DNA from: Marsupella aquatica
Lineage: Eukaryota; Plantae; Marchantiophyta
Direction: 5' to 3'
DNA: 64,000 nucleotides
Assembly (NCBI GenBank): GCA_973895155.1
Contig: OZ316891.1
Span: 29,990,331 to 30,054,330 of the forward strand
Shown: piece after piece, positions 11,903 through 24,810 of the stretch
Position numbering within the stretch: the first letter of the stretch is position 1
How the letters are laid out: each line of letters begins with the position of its first letter
Program-made: the position numbers and the translations under genes
The notes under the pieces: generated by a model
Databases searched by the model: none
The model's input: only the letters and a program-made list of their open reading frames with translations
Told to the model about the DNA's origin: nothing

Positions 11903-14900
11903 TTGGCCTCAAAAAATAACTCCTGGTGTCCCAGAAATTCATGGACAAATAAGTCTAATATGACTGCTCTCCAATTCCAACTGTATTCTGGACTGTCCTC
12001 GTCATCTGTCAATACTACCACATGGTCACCAATCCTGAAAAGAGTGTTCCTCACCACTACAGATTTCAAAGGGATAACTTTAAAATCCATGACAGTCCTA
12101 AACAAGGACGTTGCCAGCCCCTGAAGAGCCCAATGCCATTTGACAAAATTGCTGCCATCCTCAGAAAGTAGACGCTTCTTCGCCTTTGTTCTACCTACTC
12201 CTATTCCTCTAGAGAGAATGGAAATTGCACAATGAGAATCGACAGCAAATCTACTCATATTTTTAACTAGTGAAAGAGCCTGCTCTTGTGATGAGACTAC
12301 AACAATACAATTCTCATGCCATTTAGGGCAGGTAAAGTCACGTTTGTCCCTTGCTGCATGCTCAATTGCTCTGGCTCCTGTTGGCCTCAAACGGTTGTGT
12401 GCTTCCAACAGTGTACGATGCTGTGGCAGAAATCCATCATCATCATTCCAAATCATCATGCATGTTTTAGTAAAAAACTGCCTGACGTGATGGGAGGTGA
12501 AAGTTAGCTCCATTTCCTTGTTGTTGGTGGCAGTCCGTCCATAACCAGAGACCATACGTTCGAACCTGTAGCACCAATACACCCAGTGTGGACCATGTTG
12601 TTCGATGTCATCCAACAACTCACCGCTACCTACAAGACAAATTACATCTCATTTGTAAGATGAGTGATCGAGGCTAAGCAGTCTGCAGTTGCCTTGAAAA
12701 AATAGCATAAAAAATTACATCCTAAAATATTTCTGTAACAAACCTGCAACGTGTTCGAGTATAGAGGCATTAACTCCAAAATGCTCCTCACTCCTCACCC
12801 GCCATGAAGCCAACAGACTTCTTGCCTTCTCCAAAGTTGACTTCCTCCACCCCTCCTCCCTACTTTGAATGTAAAAGAGTCTTCCGATCTCAAATAACAG
12901 CATGCCAATTGAACCTAGAGGATTTTCAACTCCTAATCTCAAGCTATATAGTATGTGCGGTAGACAAAATATAACAAATCGAGTATATTCTTCAGCTTTG
13001 AAGTAACCTAGTCTGTCCCCAGGATCTTTCGGCCATCTCCCATCCAGACCTTTAGGTTTTCTGGCAGTCACTTCTGCTAAGGCCTCCTCTAAAACTTTGG
13101 TTTGGGAAGGTGTCAAACTTTTCATCAATTTTGTTACATAGCTCTTGAATAAGTTGAGCGCAAGTATATGCATGACATCATATACTAAATCAGATATCAA
13201 ACAGAAACCAAAGGTATCGCTTAACCTCCAAGCCTTTGCCAACTGGTTAATTCCATGCTCTTGGGATATGCTTACCCTTGAAACTTCTGTTGTACAAAGA
13301 GAGTACCTCTGGGCAGCATCTCTAATGACCGCCAAATCTCGTTTGGCAGGAGGGTACCGCTGCAAATAAGGATTGTTACCATACACAGTAACTCCTTTGG
13401 GCCCTCTTCCTGAAGTGTTTGATTGTTTTTTCCACGTGCCTTTCACTAGACACCTCCTGCACGGTGCCTTCCCCCTCTGGCACCACCCTCCAAATTTGCA
13501 TTGGGCCGGGTGGTCTCCTGTAAATAACATTAGTCTCACCCTACAAGTACAATCTTTTGAGGTGATAAGGTCATGTATTAGCTCTGGCGCATATGAAAAA
13601 TGAAGAGGGAATCCGGCAACTGCCAACATTTGCACGTCTTGGAAAAATGGCTCCATGAAAGCTTCCAAGAAGTGCAATTTAAGCTTGGTGAGTTTTTCAG
13701 TAGCACTGTTTGGTATAAACAGAATGGGAATAGGTTGTATGTCAGAATGGCTACCCACATTCAGTATACTTATCTCCACTGTCCATGTGCTTCTCATAAC
13801 TGAAGATGCTGATTGGAAACCATCCCAGTGAGCCATTAGTGCAATATTGCGAGGGTCCCCCTGGGTACAATAAGAAAAACAATTTAATTAGCATGAATGA
13901 TCGAAGTCAGAAGGAATCCAAGAGAAAAGAATGATTCTCAGATTAGCAAACCATCACAACGACAACGACAACGACATTCAGAGGCCCATTCAGAGGGAAG
14001 AAAAACAGTTATTCAGATTAACATGCATGTACTGACAGCGCCGCATTCAGAAACGATCAAAGAGAGAGAAACAGGTTTCAATATTCTAAGCATAAGAGCA
14101 TGTAATATATGGCAGCTGGCTGCATTCAGATCGAAGAAAGCAAAGAGTGCAATCTAATTAAACAGGTTTTCAAATAAAATTTATTAGAAGTATCATGGAG
14201 ATTTTCAGAGGGAAGTAATTGAGAGCAGACAAATTCATGGAACATCAACGTACATCATTTGGCTAGTACCTGAACATATACTGGCCTTATTTGGAGCCGA
14301 TTTCCGCAAGTGCACACAATGTCATACATGTGGATGTCTCCCACCAGCTTCAATCCTTGGTTCAAAAGGTCGCATTTCTCTGGGTAGGTAGCATAGCCTT
14401 TCCAACAAGTCTGGCATACCACAGGTAACTCATAGGTGCAACACGGGTCCCAGAAATAGGAGTTTTGTTTGGCTTTCGAGCCATCCCACCATTCGCTAAT
14501 TACATCGTCTTTGAGACTCCCAAGCTGGAGCCAACGAGCTCTCTCCCTCCACATGGTTAGTATTTCATGGCAATAGCTTCGTGATCGACACAAATGAGAT
14601 ATCAATGGCGCAATAGGCAGGTAATCAAACCTTAACATATCTTTGCGCTTGATTCTACACCCGAAGACATCACATCGCTCGCTGCAGGTTTCACAATCTC
14701 TGCACAAAATATTCTTGCATAGAGAGCACTTACAACTCTTGCTCGTTGTTTTTGCTTGGTCATCCTGGATGCTTGGTCCAAAGGCCTTAGGTTCGTGAAA
14801 GTTGTCGTCAGCCCCCAAACACAGACGCCATTGATGTGGTTGAGGTGCGCCCATCACTTTGTAAGCAGCCGCCAAGCCATTGAAAGTCCCCAAGGAAGGT

Positions 14901-16001
14901 ATTCCTAGTGGACCACCATCCCATTGAGTACCAGCATACCTCAGCAGTGAGCCAAGGGGTACATTCCTGTAGTCAATGACTGGACTTGCATCGATTGGTT
15001 TGAACAAAGCTCTCAAAATCTTGTCCTGCAAGTCCATAGAAACTTTAGCAGAATCCAACATGGACTGGAGTCTCCATGTCTCTCTATAAATAGCCTCGCT
15101 CAAAGTCAAAGGAATTTCGTTGAGTACAGCGGTTGAGTAGTCGTTGCATCCAACATTATCAGACAATGGCATAAGAGTTTCTGCACCATCCACCCCATCC
15201 TCTGTTGCACACCCAACATCAAAAGCACAATAGCTTGCTGGGATTGCATCAGGGTCACTTGCATACGTAGACCGAGGGCCATTGACAAAACCAAGCAACG
15301 GTCTGAGGAGTAGCGTGCTTTGTATTCTCCATTTGGAAGTCCTTGACAGCTTTGCAAAATCAGATGGAAGATCTGATTGTTGACGTGAACAATCTCCAAT
15401 CACATCAGAGGACTGCCCTTGCACTATTCTATCTCTTGGTCTTTGGGTCGACACTGCTGCCTGGTGCAAAGGAGGGTGGACCGGAACATGCCGCGCATCT
15501 ATGAGAATGCCTTGTTTATCCTTGAGTCTATGATGACCTCTAGTTCTTTTGCTCACCAAATCAAAGCCGTCAGACATTCGTGAACATCTATACTTGCAAT
15601 CACATCTGACTTTCAAACTCAAATCAAAATCCTCCATGTTGCGCAAGAGTCGTAGACAAATTTTCGCGACAAAAAAAGAGTAATGGACAAGTCTGGGCTG
15701 CCCACTACGTACGTACTAAGTTGTCAAGGTCTATAGTATACTTCTGATTGAGTCATTCATTAGCTTCACAGGTCCTGATCCTGTGCGGTCCCCGGCCTAC
15801 CCTTATCGCAGCCCAGAATTGACTCACAGCCTGGATGTGCTGGGATTTGGTGCTGGGATGTGGTGCATTGCATTGAAAGCATATTTGAGCACTTGTGGGG
15901 CCAGTTAATTGAAAAACAAGCCTACGGTAGTACTATACGTGAACCCAGCTTTGGCCTTTGGGCACATGTGGGGCCAGTTTATCAGTTCTTTGGCGGGCCC
16001 C

Positions 16002-16107
16002 TTTTAAAGTAACATGCATGACTCCAGGATTATATAATTAAGTAATTTAATGTTTTTAAAGCAACATGCATGACTCCAGGATTATATAATAAAGTAATTT
16101 ACTGTTT
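16002..16107. repeat. 52-bp tandem duplication
   Basis: aacatgcatgactccaggattatataat occurs at 16011 and 16063. Confidence 0.85.
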
Positions 16108-19100
16108 GCAGCGCTGGTTAGAATCTAGGTGCGCTTAGAAAAAGGTTTTCTCCCTAAATTATTAAAACATGGGCAGATTCTTGAAATGATTTATCCAAAT
16201 TTGGAGGAAATAAACAATGAGAAGCTACCGTGTTTTGAATTGTGGAATTGGACTTATACCACACACCTTTCTAAATGTATGTTAATTTACATACATTCCA
16301 CCGTTGAATGGAGTTCCCATGGAATAGGCAATTCCTACAATTTGTTGTATGTAACTGTTTCACTTTAATTTGTACATGTATCTCATAAGATGGAATCTTC
16401 ATTCTAAAGAAGTTTTATTAATCTGCTGCGTTGCCGGTTGCCACGGCTCTCACTTGTGCAACGCAGAAAATTTTAATTTTTAATGCCAATTAAACTCATT
16501 AATAAACAGTCCCGCCCAAAGGCACAAATTTCCTGGTCATGAAGTGACAAAAGAACGCGGGATCACTTTATGGTCGGCCGATATTTTCCATTTTTCTCTT
16601 GTCAGCGGGGTAGGGGCTGGGCATGTGAACAGACGATCAGGGATTGAGGGTGCCTGCAAGTTGGACAAGTTAAGCGCTGAGCCGCTGACTCAATCATCCC
16701 ACATTCATCAATTCGCTCTTACTCGGTCTCTTACTTTTGAAATATATATTTTAAAAATTGAGTTCAACCAGTACACAATAAAACATCCTCCTTTGATAAA
16801 TAACTGGCTCTTGTTAGTTGATAGGAGGAGGTTTCCACACTCAGGGGTACACTGGACTAAGCAGCCCTACATTGTAACTATCAACTATAGACCTCTATAT
16901 TCATGGCTTGAGCCAACGACAAGTTATGGCCCATGGCCCAGGGACGTTGCCCTATTTACCAGGAAAAGTAAACCATGCTTGTATGATTTCGATCAGACGG
17001 CGAACGTGGATCAGCAAGGTGCTATGCTTTTCTCTCAGACAAGATTGATTCCTGTAGTGCTCATTTTCATCTTCAACACATTGCTCGCACTTTTCATAGT
17101 TTCTTGTTGATACTTTGATATATAGCTTATATTTTTAGACAAACATAACGTTCCGGTTCTATCGTACTGTACTGTTTATTTTTCAAGGGTCAACAAAAAA
17201 GAAAAAAATGTTTTTTCTTGGTTCACCCTGCGTTGCATGAGGTAACTGTATTGTACGTCAGTAGTTACTTTTAAAGCTACTACAAACATATTGTCTAGCT
17301 AGGCAAACGATGACTAGCTTCTCTAGCCTCATTATCTTCCTTTGACAGATTCCTTTGTGGGGCCTGATACGTGGTCAGCTGATGTGGCCAGGGTTCACTT
17401 GTGACCAACTAGCTGGTCTCAATCTAGCTCAATCCCTGCAGCCAGCCTCTCGTACAATGAGTTCTGCCTCGGGTCCTGCCTAGGCTGGTTCTAGCTAGTG
17501 TTAAATGTTTGGTGTTAGATGATCGATGGTGTTAGATGATCGATCACCGTCACTACAGCAGAATCTAGTTTACTAAATGATATTATTCTTTGTGCAAATG
17601 GGCAACGTGTACTACTCTGGTGGACCACATCAAATGGTTTCTCTTCTTGGAGCGATTCGGAGAATGGAAATGGAACATCTCCCCCAAGTAATTTATTGTT
17701 TACTACGTATACCTGTTCTCTCACGCAGTGGGCCCTCAACTTTTTAACATGCATGTAACAAGTATTTTATCTAAAGCCAGGCGGGAAGCCACGGTTACAA
17801 GGTGGGAAATATATAAGACTTACTCCATATATATTTGATATATATTTGATACAAGTGACCTACATGGTTTTGAGGTAACGATGGATAGGAATCTTGAGCC
17901 TGCTCTGAAATGGCTAGAAGCAAATAATGCTCAGGTACTGAAATTTACTGAAGTTAATTTGATAGATAAAACAGTCAAATGAATTAATCCAGTTTGGCAT
18001 ATATAGTGGGCTCTCCCTAAGTGCAAAATTCATACATGCATAACCTGAATAACTGCAAGCTTCCTCTTCTTGGCAGATGCTGGGCACACTAACTCTTCAT
18101 TTTCTTGCATCTTTTTGTCCGGGCCTTTCGTAAGTGCAAACATAGCTAAAACGTTTTGCTAAATGACACTTTATAGAGTGAAACGTTTTGCTAAAGGGCA
18201 ACTTTATAAGTGCACAACCTGGATAAGTATTTACTAAAGTTGTATATAGCTAACTGTCTTGATCAAGTGCATTCCTTCGAGTGGAGAGGTACAAAAGTTA
18301 ATTAGTAGACTAAAATGAAACTTACCTAACATGGTCGATTGGGTATAAGGCCATTATAAGGAATTAAAACCTTGTCTAAGTATAAAAAGGGGAGTTGCAT
18401 ACTCAGGACTGGGAGAATGCTTAAATACAAACTGGTTTAAATAGTCAAAATTAAAGTCTCAGGTCACCTGAGCCCAAATAATGATACATGCATGCCTTGA
18501 AAAACACTTTGCAACCCAAGTCCTTTCCCTGGTCCTTGCACAACATCTCGAATATTTCCCCTAATATTCTAACATACCTTTAGGATGATTTAATTCCAAA
18601 GGTTAAGTCACACAGCCTAGCATCACCTCCCAAATGCTACAAGCTAGCATGCCTCAACTCATGAGACCTAGTCAGAGCCTTGCATGCACAATATGAGTCT
18701 GAAATGTTTTGAACATACCTTGAGGGTAATCTGGTTTAATTCAAATGTATTATGCACAAAATGTAGAGTCACCTCCCAAATGCAACAAGTATGCCTAACT
18801 TGGACAATGTCTTGAGACCCATTTTAAGCCTTGGATAACCTAGAGCATAATCAAATATTTGTGATATGCTTTCAGTATGCTGATTGACTTCAAAAGGTCC
18901 AAACAGAAAGTTTAGTGTTAATTAGCTTGCAAGACAAAGCAGCTGCAAGCATGCCTTGAACACAGTTTGAAATGGAAATTGTGCACAACTTACCTTGGGA
19001 TCATTGCTACTAACATGCCTTGAGGGTGGGTCTACAATTAAAGCGTAGGCCATGGACGGCAACCATGACACCAAATGGGATATTTGTAACACCTTGATTG

Positions 19101-19306
19101 TACAATTTATAGTTTGGCATGTCTTAAAGCTTCCAGACACATTGAATTGAAGGTACTATTGTGCATTTTGCATGAGTACTGAAACAAACAAAAGTATTAA
19201 GTATTAAGCAATTGAATAATTATATTATGCAATGAGCGCCTTGCCTGGCCTCCTCGCGATTTGTTCCAAGTGTCCTCACCAGGACACCTGCCATGGGGGG
19301 CAGCGA

Positions 19307-19667
19307 TATTCAGCATAGACGACAATCGCAACGACAAGCCCATGAACCATGCAACGCACAAGAATCGACACAGAGAGATATGTGGTTCACCTCCACATGA
19401 GGCTACGTCCATGGGAACACACAAGAGCTTTACTGCACTCTAGGCCGACCAGCCATCGAGCCGGCCATACCAAGCATCCACAGCGCAAGCTCTCCCTATC
19501 TCTCAACTAGCTCCGTAACAATGAGCCTGAGTTCCCTAGGGGCTGGCACCAGCCCTGGCTATATACACAGCATCACTATTACCGCTAACCTTAGCTAAGT
19601 CCTAACCTGAGTTAGCCTAACTGTGGTTAGCTCAAGAGTCACAAGACTAATCGAGCAATACCTAACA
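19307..19667 (-). mobile_element. Second solo LTR of the same family (361 bp)
   Basis: 5-bp TSD AGCGA (19302-19306, 19668-19672). Termini TATTC...CTAACA (TG decayed to TA). About 220 bp are clearly homologous to 11428-11640. Confidence 0.85.
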
Positions 19668-20463
19668 AGCGAGTGGGAGGCAGGGTGGGGGGAGGGTGGA
19701 GGGGGGAGTGAAGGAGGGACGGCAAACGAGAAAAAGATAAGACAGAAAATAGTGAAAAAGGGGGAATAAGGGGGGTTTACTCAGGGGTTTAGTGTTTCAA
19801 AGCAGAAAAAAGGGAAAGGAAAAAAGCAAGGAATAAAACCATTAGACTCACTTTGCCACACTTTGGTGGTGGTCATAGCCTATCTTTGACAAAATGACAT
19901 TTTTTACTCAACAACATCGTTCTTCAATAAGATATTTTGGGCAAACGAATTCTTTTAACATGTACGTTGATGGACCAGACATGTTTTGAAGTGTGACCAG
20001 GCTTCTTGTTTGGGCTGGCTGCCACAATTTTTTTCTAAATGTAAAACGCAGCATGATACACAAGGTTTTCTATATATCAAACCCAGTTTCAAAACACAAA
20101 AACTTTAACCAGTGAACCTTATAAGTGAGGACAAATAACATTTGCATCAATTGTACTTGGTGAACTTAATTTGACCACTTGAATCGCGACCATAGTTTGA
20201 AGTAAACCGGGATGAATCTAAAAAGTATAAACAATGGACCAACAAAAACTGTCTTTGAACAAAATTTGTTTTGTGTTCTCTAACCCATGTTGTTTTTTCC
20301 TCAATGTGAAAGGCAATAGTCCATACAAACCTGTATTTGACAAATTTGACACAAAATGACATCCTTTACACGTACAACAATAACTTTGGTACAAATGAAT
20401 GTCATCTTTTACACATGGTTATCTTTTGCATACCATCATCAATTTCATAAACTACATTTTTAT

Positions 20464-20537
20464 AATATCATTATGCAATTGATGTTGTTAAATAAATGAC
20501 ATCATATACTTAACAACATCAATTGCATAATGATATT
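20464..20537. repeat. Perfect 28-bp inverted repeat with 18-nt loop
   Basis: aatatcattatgcaattgatgttgttaa (20464-20491) and ttaacaacatcaattgcataatgatatt (20510-20537). Confidence 0.92.
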
Positions 20538-23500
20538 TTGTGGAACAAAATCTCTTACTCAAGGACATGTTGTGCATAACATCCTTTAATGTATATTCTT
20601 AATGGTATATTTCATGCAACTTAATCTATTGAGCAACAACTTTTGACTTCTATATGCAGCTCACTGGATTCAACTCGTAGTACATTTTACACACAATCAT
20701 GACCAAATGTTGCAAGACTACTAGACTGCCTTCTTTGGATATTTGTAGGTCCCTCAATTCTAAATGAAATGTGACGCTATGTCATGGCTCACTTGAAATA
20801 GTAGCCAATCTGTTTCTAATGCACCCACAAACATCAGATTCCATTGGATATCAAGGGAGATATATGCCTAGTGTCAAAGTTGGTTGAGTTTATTTGAATT
20901 TTGATTTGTTGCGGGAGAAAGCAATGAATTTGACTTGTTTCATGTCTTTGCTTTGGTCTAGAGATTGTATCCATCCACATCAACACAAAATCTATGACCA
21001 AATGAGAGTCATATCTTGATGAGATTGGCAATGGTTTTTATTTTTATTTTTGAAATACTAAATATCTATTTTTTCAAAATAAATGAAGCCATCCAATCGT
21101 TGATCTGCTTACAACATAATCTTGACCATCCAGTGCTTATTGTATAAAATAAAAATCACTATTCATCCACTCATGGAGGCATATAAGGTATCAAAAAATC
21201 TTGATGAAATATTCTACTAGGGTCACTAGTCTGGGGTTTTGTAATTTTGACAACCAAGCAATATATAAAATATTACATATGAACTCCAAATTACTCAGAC
21301 AATATATCCCTTCATCATATTTTTGGTCTACATCCTCAAATATCCTGAATATGCAATGGTGCAAGGTGTGAACAAACATTTTAATTAAGGCCATTCTGAA
21401 AATGATAAATTGTACACACCATATCCAGAGATTCTGCAAGGCTCTCCAAGGCTTAATTTGGGTCCCAAAATGCTTACAGTTACGATGCGGTGGTATCATT
21501 TGGGAAGCAATTATAGGCCTTGCGAGTGAACCCTTTGAGTCAAATCATCCTAGCCCTCGCCTTATGTAGGAAATATTCCAGAGGTTGTACAAGGCTTTGG
21601 GTCTAAAAAATGTTTACAATGAAGGCATTCTTTTATCATTTTGACCATCTTTTGGGAAGCGATGCGAGGCCTTGTGACTGAACCCTTTGTATTAAATTAT
21701 CCTCACCTTATGTTGAAAATATTCCAGAGATTGTGCCAAGCTTCGGGTTTTATCATTTGTTTTTCAAGGCATGGTTGTATCATTTGGGAAGGGCAAGAAT
21801 AAACAAGGGATTCTCAAGACATGCTCACATCATGTGCTGGTCGACACTCTTTTGTACCAAGCAGGAGCGTCAAGGCCAGGCACTGGCTACAGGAGGGGAT
21901 GACCAAGTGCGAGAGCAATCCTCCGAAATACTTCAAGACAGTTCACCTAAACAGTCAGGTCGATGATTAGTCTGATTTTGCAAAGCTGATGCTGACTTGG
22001 TTCCCTTGTTAAGCAATAAATACTGGCTGCATTTTAGCAGGACTTTACTCACACCCGATGGATATCCTGAGTCATTCCCAGTCAGCCAATTAGTCTTTTC
22101 TTTCAGTTTTGTTTGGTGTGGAGGGACAGAGAACGCTCCTTATATAGTTCCTGCTGGCAAAGTTTTCATGTGTTGCTCTAGATGGAAGGACGGCCCTGAT
22201 GGATAGAGTCGCCTCCAACCGGGCCTCCAACCTTCCTGCCTGACTGTCCGCCCTGTTGGGTGCCTAGTACGTACCCTTATCCTTACATTTAGTTGGTGGT
22301 TTTAGATTTTCCAGTATGTTTTGGCTTGCATAATAGTGCTGTGTTTTCTTTGAGCACCTCTTTCATCAGGCCTATGTGGCCACTTTATCAGTTATTTGGA
22401 TGATTACAGGTCTCCTGGGCTTAGATTGACATTCTCTTGATTAGTTCTTCTCCGGTTATATAATATGGACTTCTCTTCTCCATTAATATAATTAGCTACG
22501 TAGTTTACTGTCCTATGCACAACACTTGAGAGAGTCTAAATGTGTTTCCAACACCACTAATTAGACTCACATAAGCGACTCATCCTATATTCATCATCTC
22601 CCCCAAGCAATTTACTGTTTACTTTCTCAAATTAATTCCTACGCGACCTGTTCTGTCAGGGGGTTAGTAGGCTCAAGTTTTTCACATGCAACACCCAGTT
22701 AGAGCCTTAGTGCTTATGTGCAAAATATCACTTACTGTATATATTTCATACAAATCACACTCTGGTTTTGCTTGGTGACGTGACGTCTGCTGCACCGTAA
22801 GATCATGCTCAGAATCTACTGAAACTTTAATAAACTAAATAGTCAACCCGATTTGCCATATATATATATATATCATTTACAGTTACTACTTTGTGGATTT
22901 TGAATTTCTCAAGTTGGATGAATTTGTAATATCCTTTAGTTTTGTTTGGTGTGGAGTGACCACGATTGCCGCTCAGTTTGGTTGTGGCAATGTGGCCACG
23001 GTTGTCACTATACATGTAAAAACAGCCTTGACAGCTGTTGACCGCTTCACAGCTTTTGACCTTGTTGTCCTATGTGGTAGAGTACTTACGGATGCATATT
23101 TATTAGTTCCAAGTCTTTTTTGATTAAAAGTTCCTGAGAAAACTTATTTAGACTCTCAGAATGGGAGAGTAATATCCACTGTGAAAAGCACTGTTGAGCT
23201 AAGAGGGAGGATAGTCCCCAGAGTCAGTACGTGAGCATTCGTCCCATGAGGGCAGGAGCAGGAGTAGGTGGGACTAGTCCCAATGTAAAGCAGTAGGGCG
23301 GTAAGTAGTGTACGTGTTAGTAACAGTAGTGTGTTAGTTGAGCTTAGCATCTATCCTATTTAAATAGCCCCCTAAATTTCAACATTTTTGGCTTGGGATG
23401 ACCTTTGTTCCTTTCTATTTTTCTGGGGATCAGTGGACTGATGTTGCCCCCGGCCCTTCGGCAGTTTTTGGATGTCTTATGTTCTCCTGGGTTACTATAG

Positions 23501-23667
23501 GGCTCTCATATTGTTCGATTCCCAAAATGAAAAGATACTCTTGAGTCCTACTACTCTTCTAAAGTCTATTGCTTAGCTGCATGCCCCCGTCAATTCCTGT
23601 TCTTACCGGTTCTTCATTAATGTACTTTTGAGTAGGAGTTGTATACCATAATAATATATAGCGGTTT

Positions 23668-23704
23668 CCTCTCTCTCTCTCTCTCTCTCTGCGCGTGTGT
23701 GTGT
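23668..23704. repeat. (CT)n/(GT)n microsatellite
   Basis: Directly visible. Confidence 0.9.
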
Positions 23705-24810
23705 TTTTATCTGAGGACCAATGCAATACTACTCGGTAGTTGCAATTACAATCCCTCTACCTACATGTAGGTCCACTGGTTTGATGTTATATATACCATC
23801 GTAAGTAGTTTCCTACTTATATATTATATTTATATTTAGAATAATATAGCAGAGTTCTTTGGTGGGGGCTTCCAAAGTGGTGTGCGGGTACTTCTAGGTT
23901 GCTTGGACTTGGATTGGTCTTTGTTTGATTATATATATCACTCTCAGATTATAATATGGACTACTTTTCCCCCCTGCCTAATGTTTGGCTTCCGTTGAAT
24001 CCTCATTATTAATAAAATTTAATCTGTTATTTCTTTACTCCCATTGAAAAAATAGGAGCAGAGCCGGCCTGTTATTGGCAGCATCTCCCCCTAGTAATTT
24101 CATTGACAGTCTGGTATGTTCTGGGATGGCGTCGAAACTGCCCGGCCCAAATGCAATTCATGATGAGGTTTTGGAATTTACTGAAACATCAATAAATAAA
24201 ATAGTCAACTGAACATATTCAGAGTTTGGAATTTACTTAAACTTCAATAAAGTATATAGTCAACCCAATTTGGCATATATGCTCAAGTACATTCACTACT
24301 TTTAAGAATTACAGGCATTGCGCTTCACAATTTGACTTATGCTAGCTTGAGAATTCAAAGTTTACTTTAATAGTAGTATTTCGTAAGTGCTAGATAGGCC
24401 TCCCGCCATGTATCAGTATACGTAGACAGATCCTACCGGTGCGGCCTTGTATTGCAAATCATTGTCCCAGACAAATAGTTGAATAGTCTACCATGCTTCA
24501 CGGAGAAATCTTTGGCTTTTAAATGCTAAAGACATTAAGAGAGCCAGAGCACGGTTTGCCAGATAGATGCCCGATATATACTACTATTCGGAATTTGAAC
24601 TTCCCGCTTGATGTAGCGCGCGCCTGCGTTTGCGCCCACGTTTGGAATCAAATCCCATTCGACTCTTTTGGGGAATTACATTTTTGAATGTTAGACTACT
24701 TGAATCAACTAAGTGATCACGTACAAACCCCGAACCTCCCTATGTTTGATTGCACTTCCTGAGTTGCAAAATCTTGTCTAGCTGCTGCTTGTCAATCTGC
24801 CGGCCTAACC

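Larger units (their letters stand above)
10786..15637 (-). pseudogene. CACTA/EnSpm TnpD(TNP2)-like transposase, 3 exons, interrupted by a solo LTR
   Basis: Exons ~15637-14270, 13860-12744 and 12629-11903 continuing at 11427-10786, with GT-AG junctions. Motifs: RCDC..C, FDYLPIAP, GDPRNIALMAHWDGF, GDHPA..G..PCRRC, DVMH...N, GP..YWCYRFER, and LFFEA|KWF across the LTR. Confidence 0.88.

Noticed and set aside
16544-17110. 188-aa ORF in the CACTA interior
   Set aside because: GTG start, no recognisable motif and non-coding-like composition.
11428-19667. Single full-length LTR retrotransposon bounded by the two similar LTRs
   Set aside because: Each LTR has its own TSD, and the interior is CACTA transposase rather than gag-pol.
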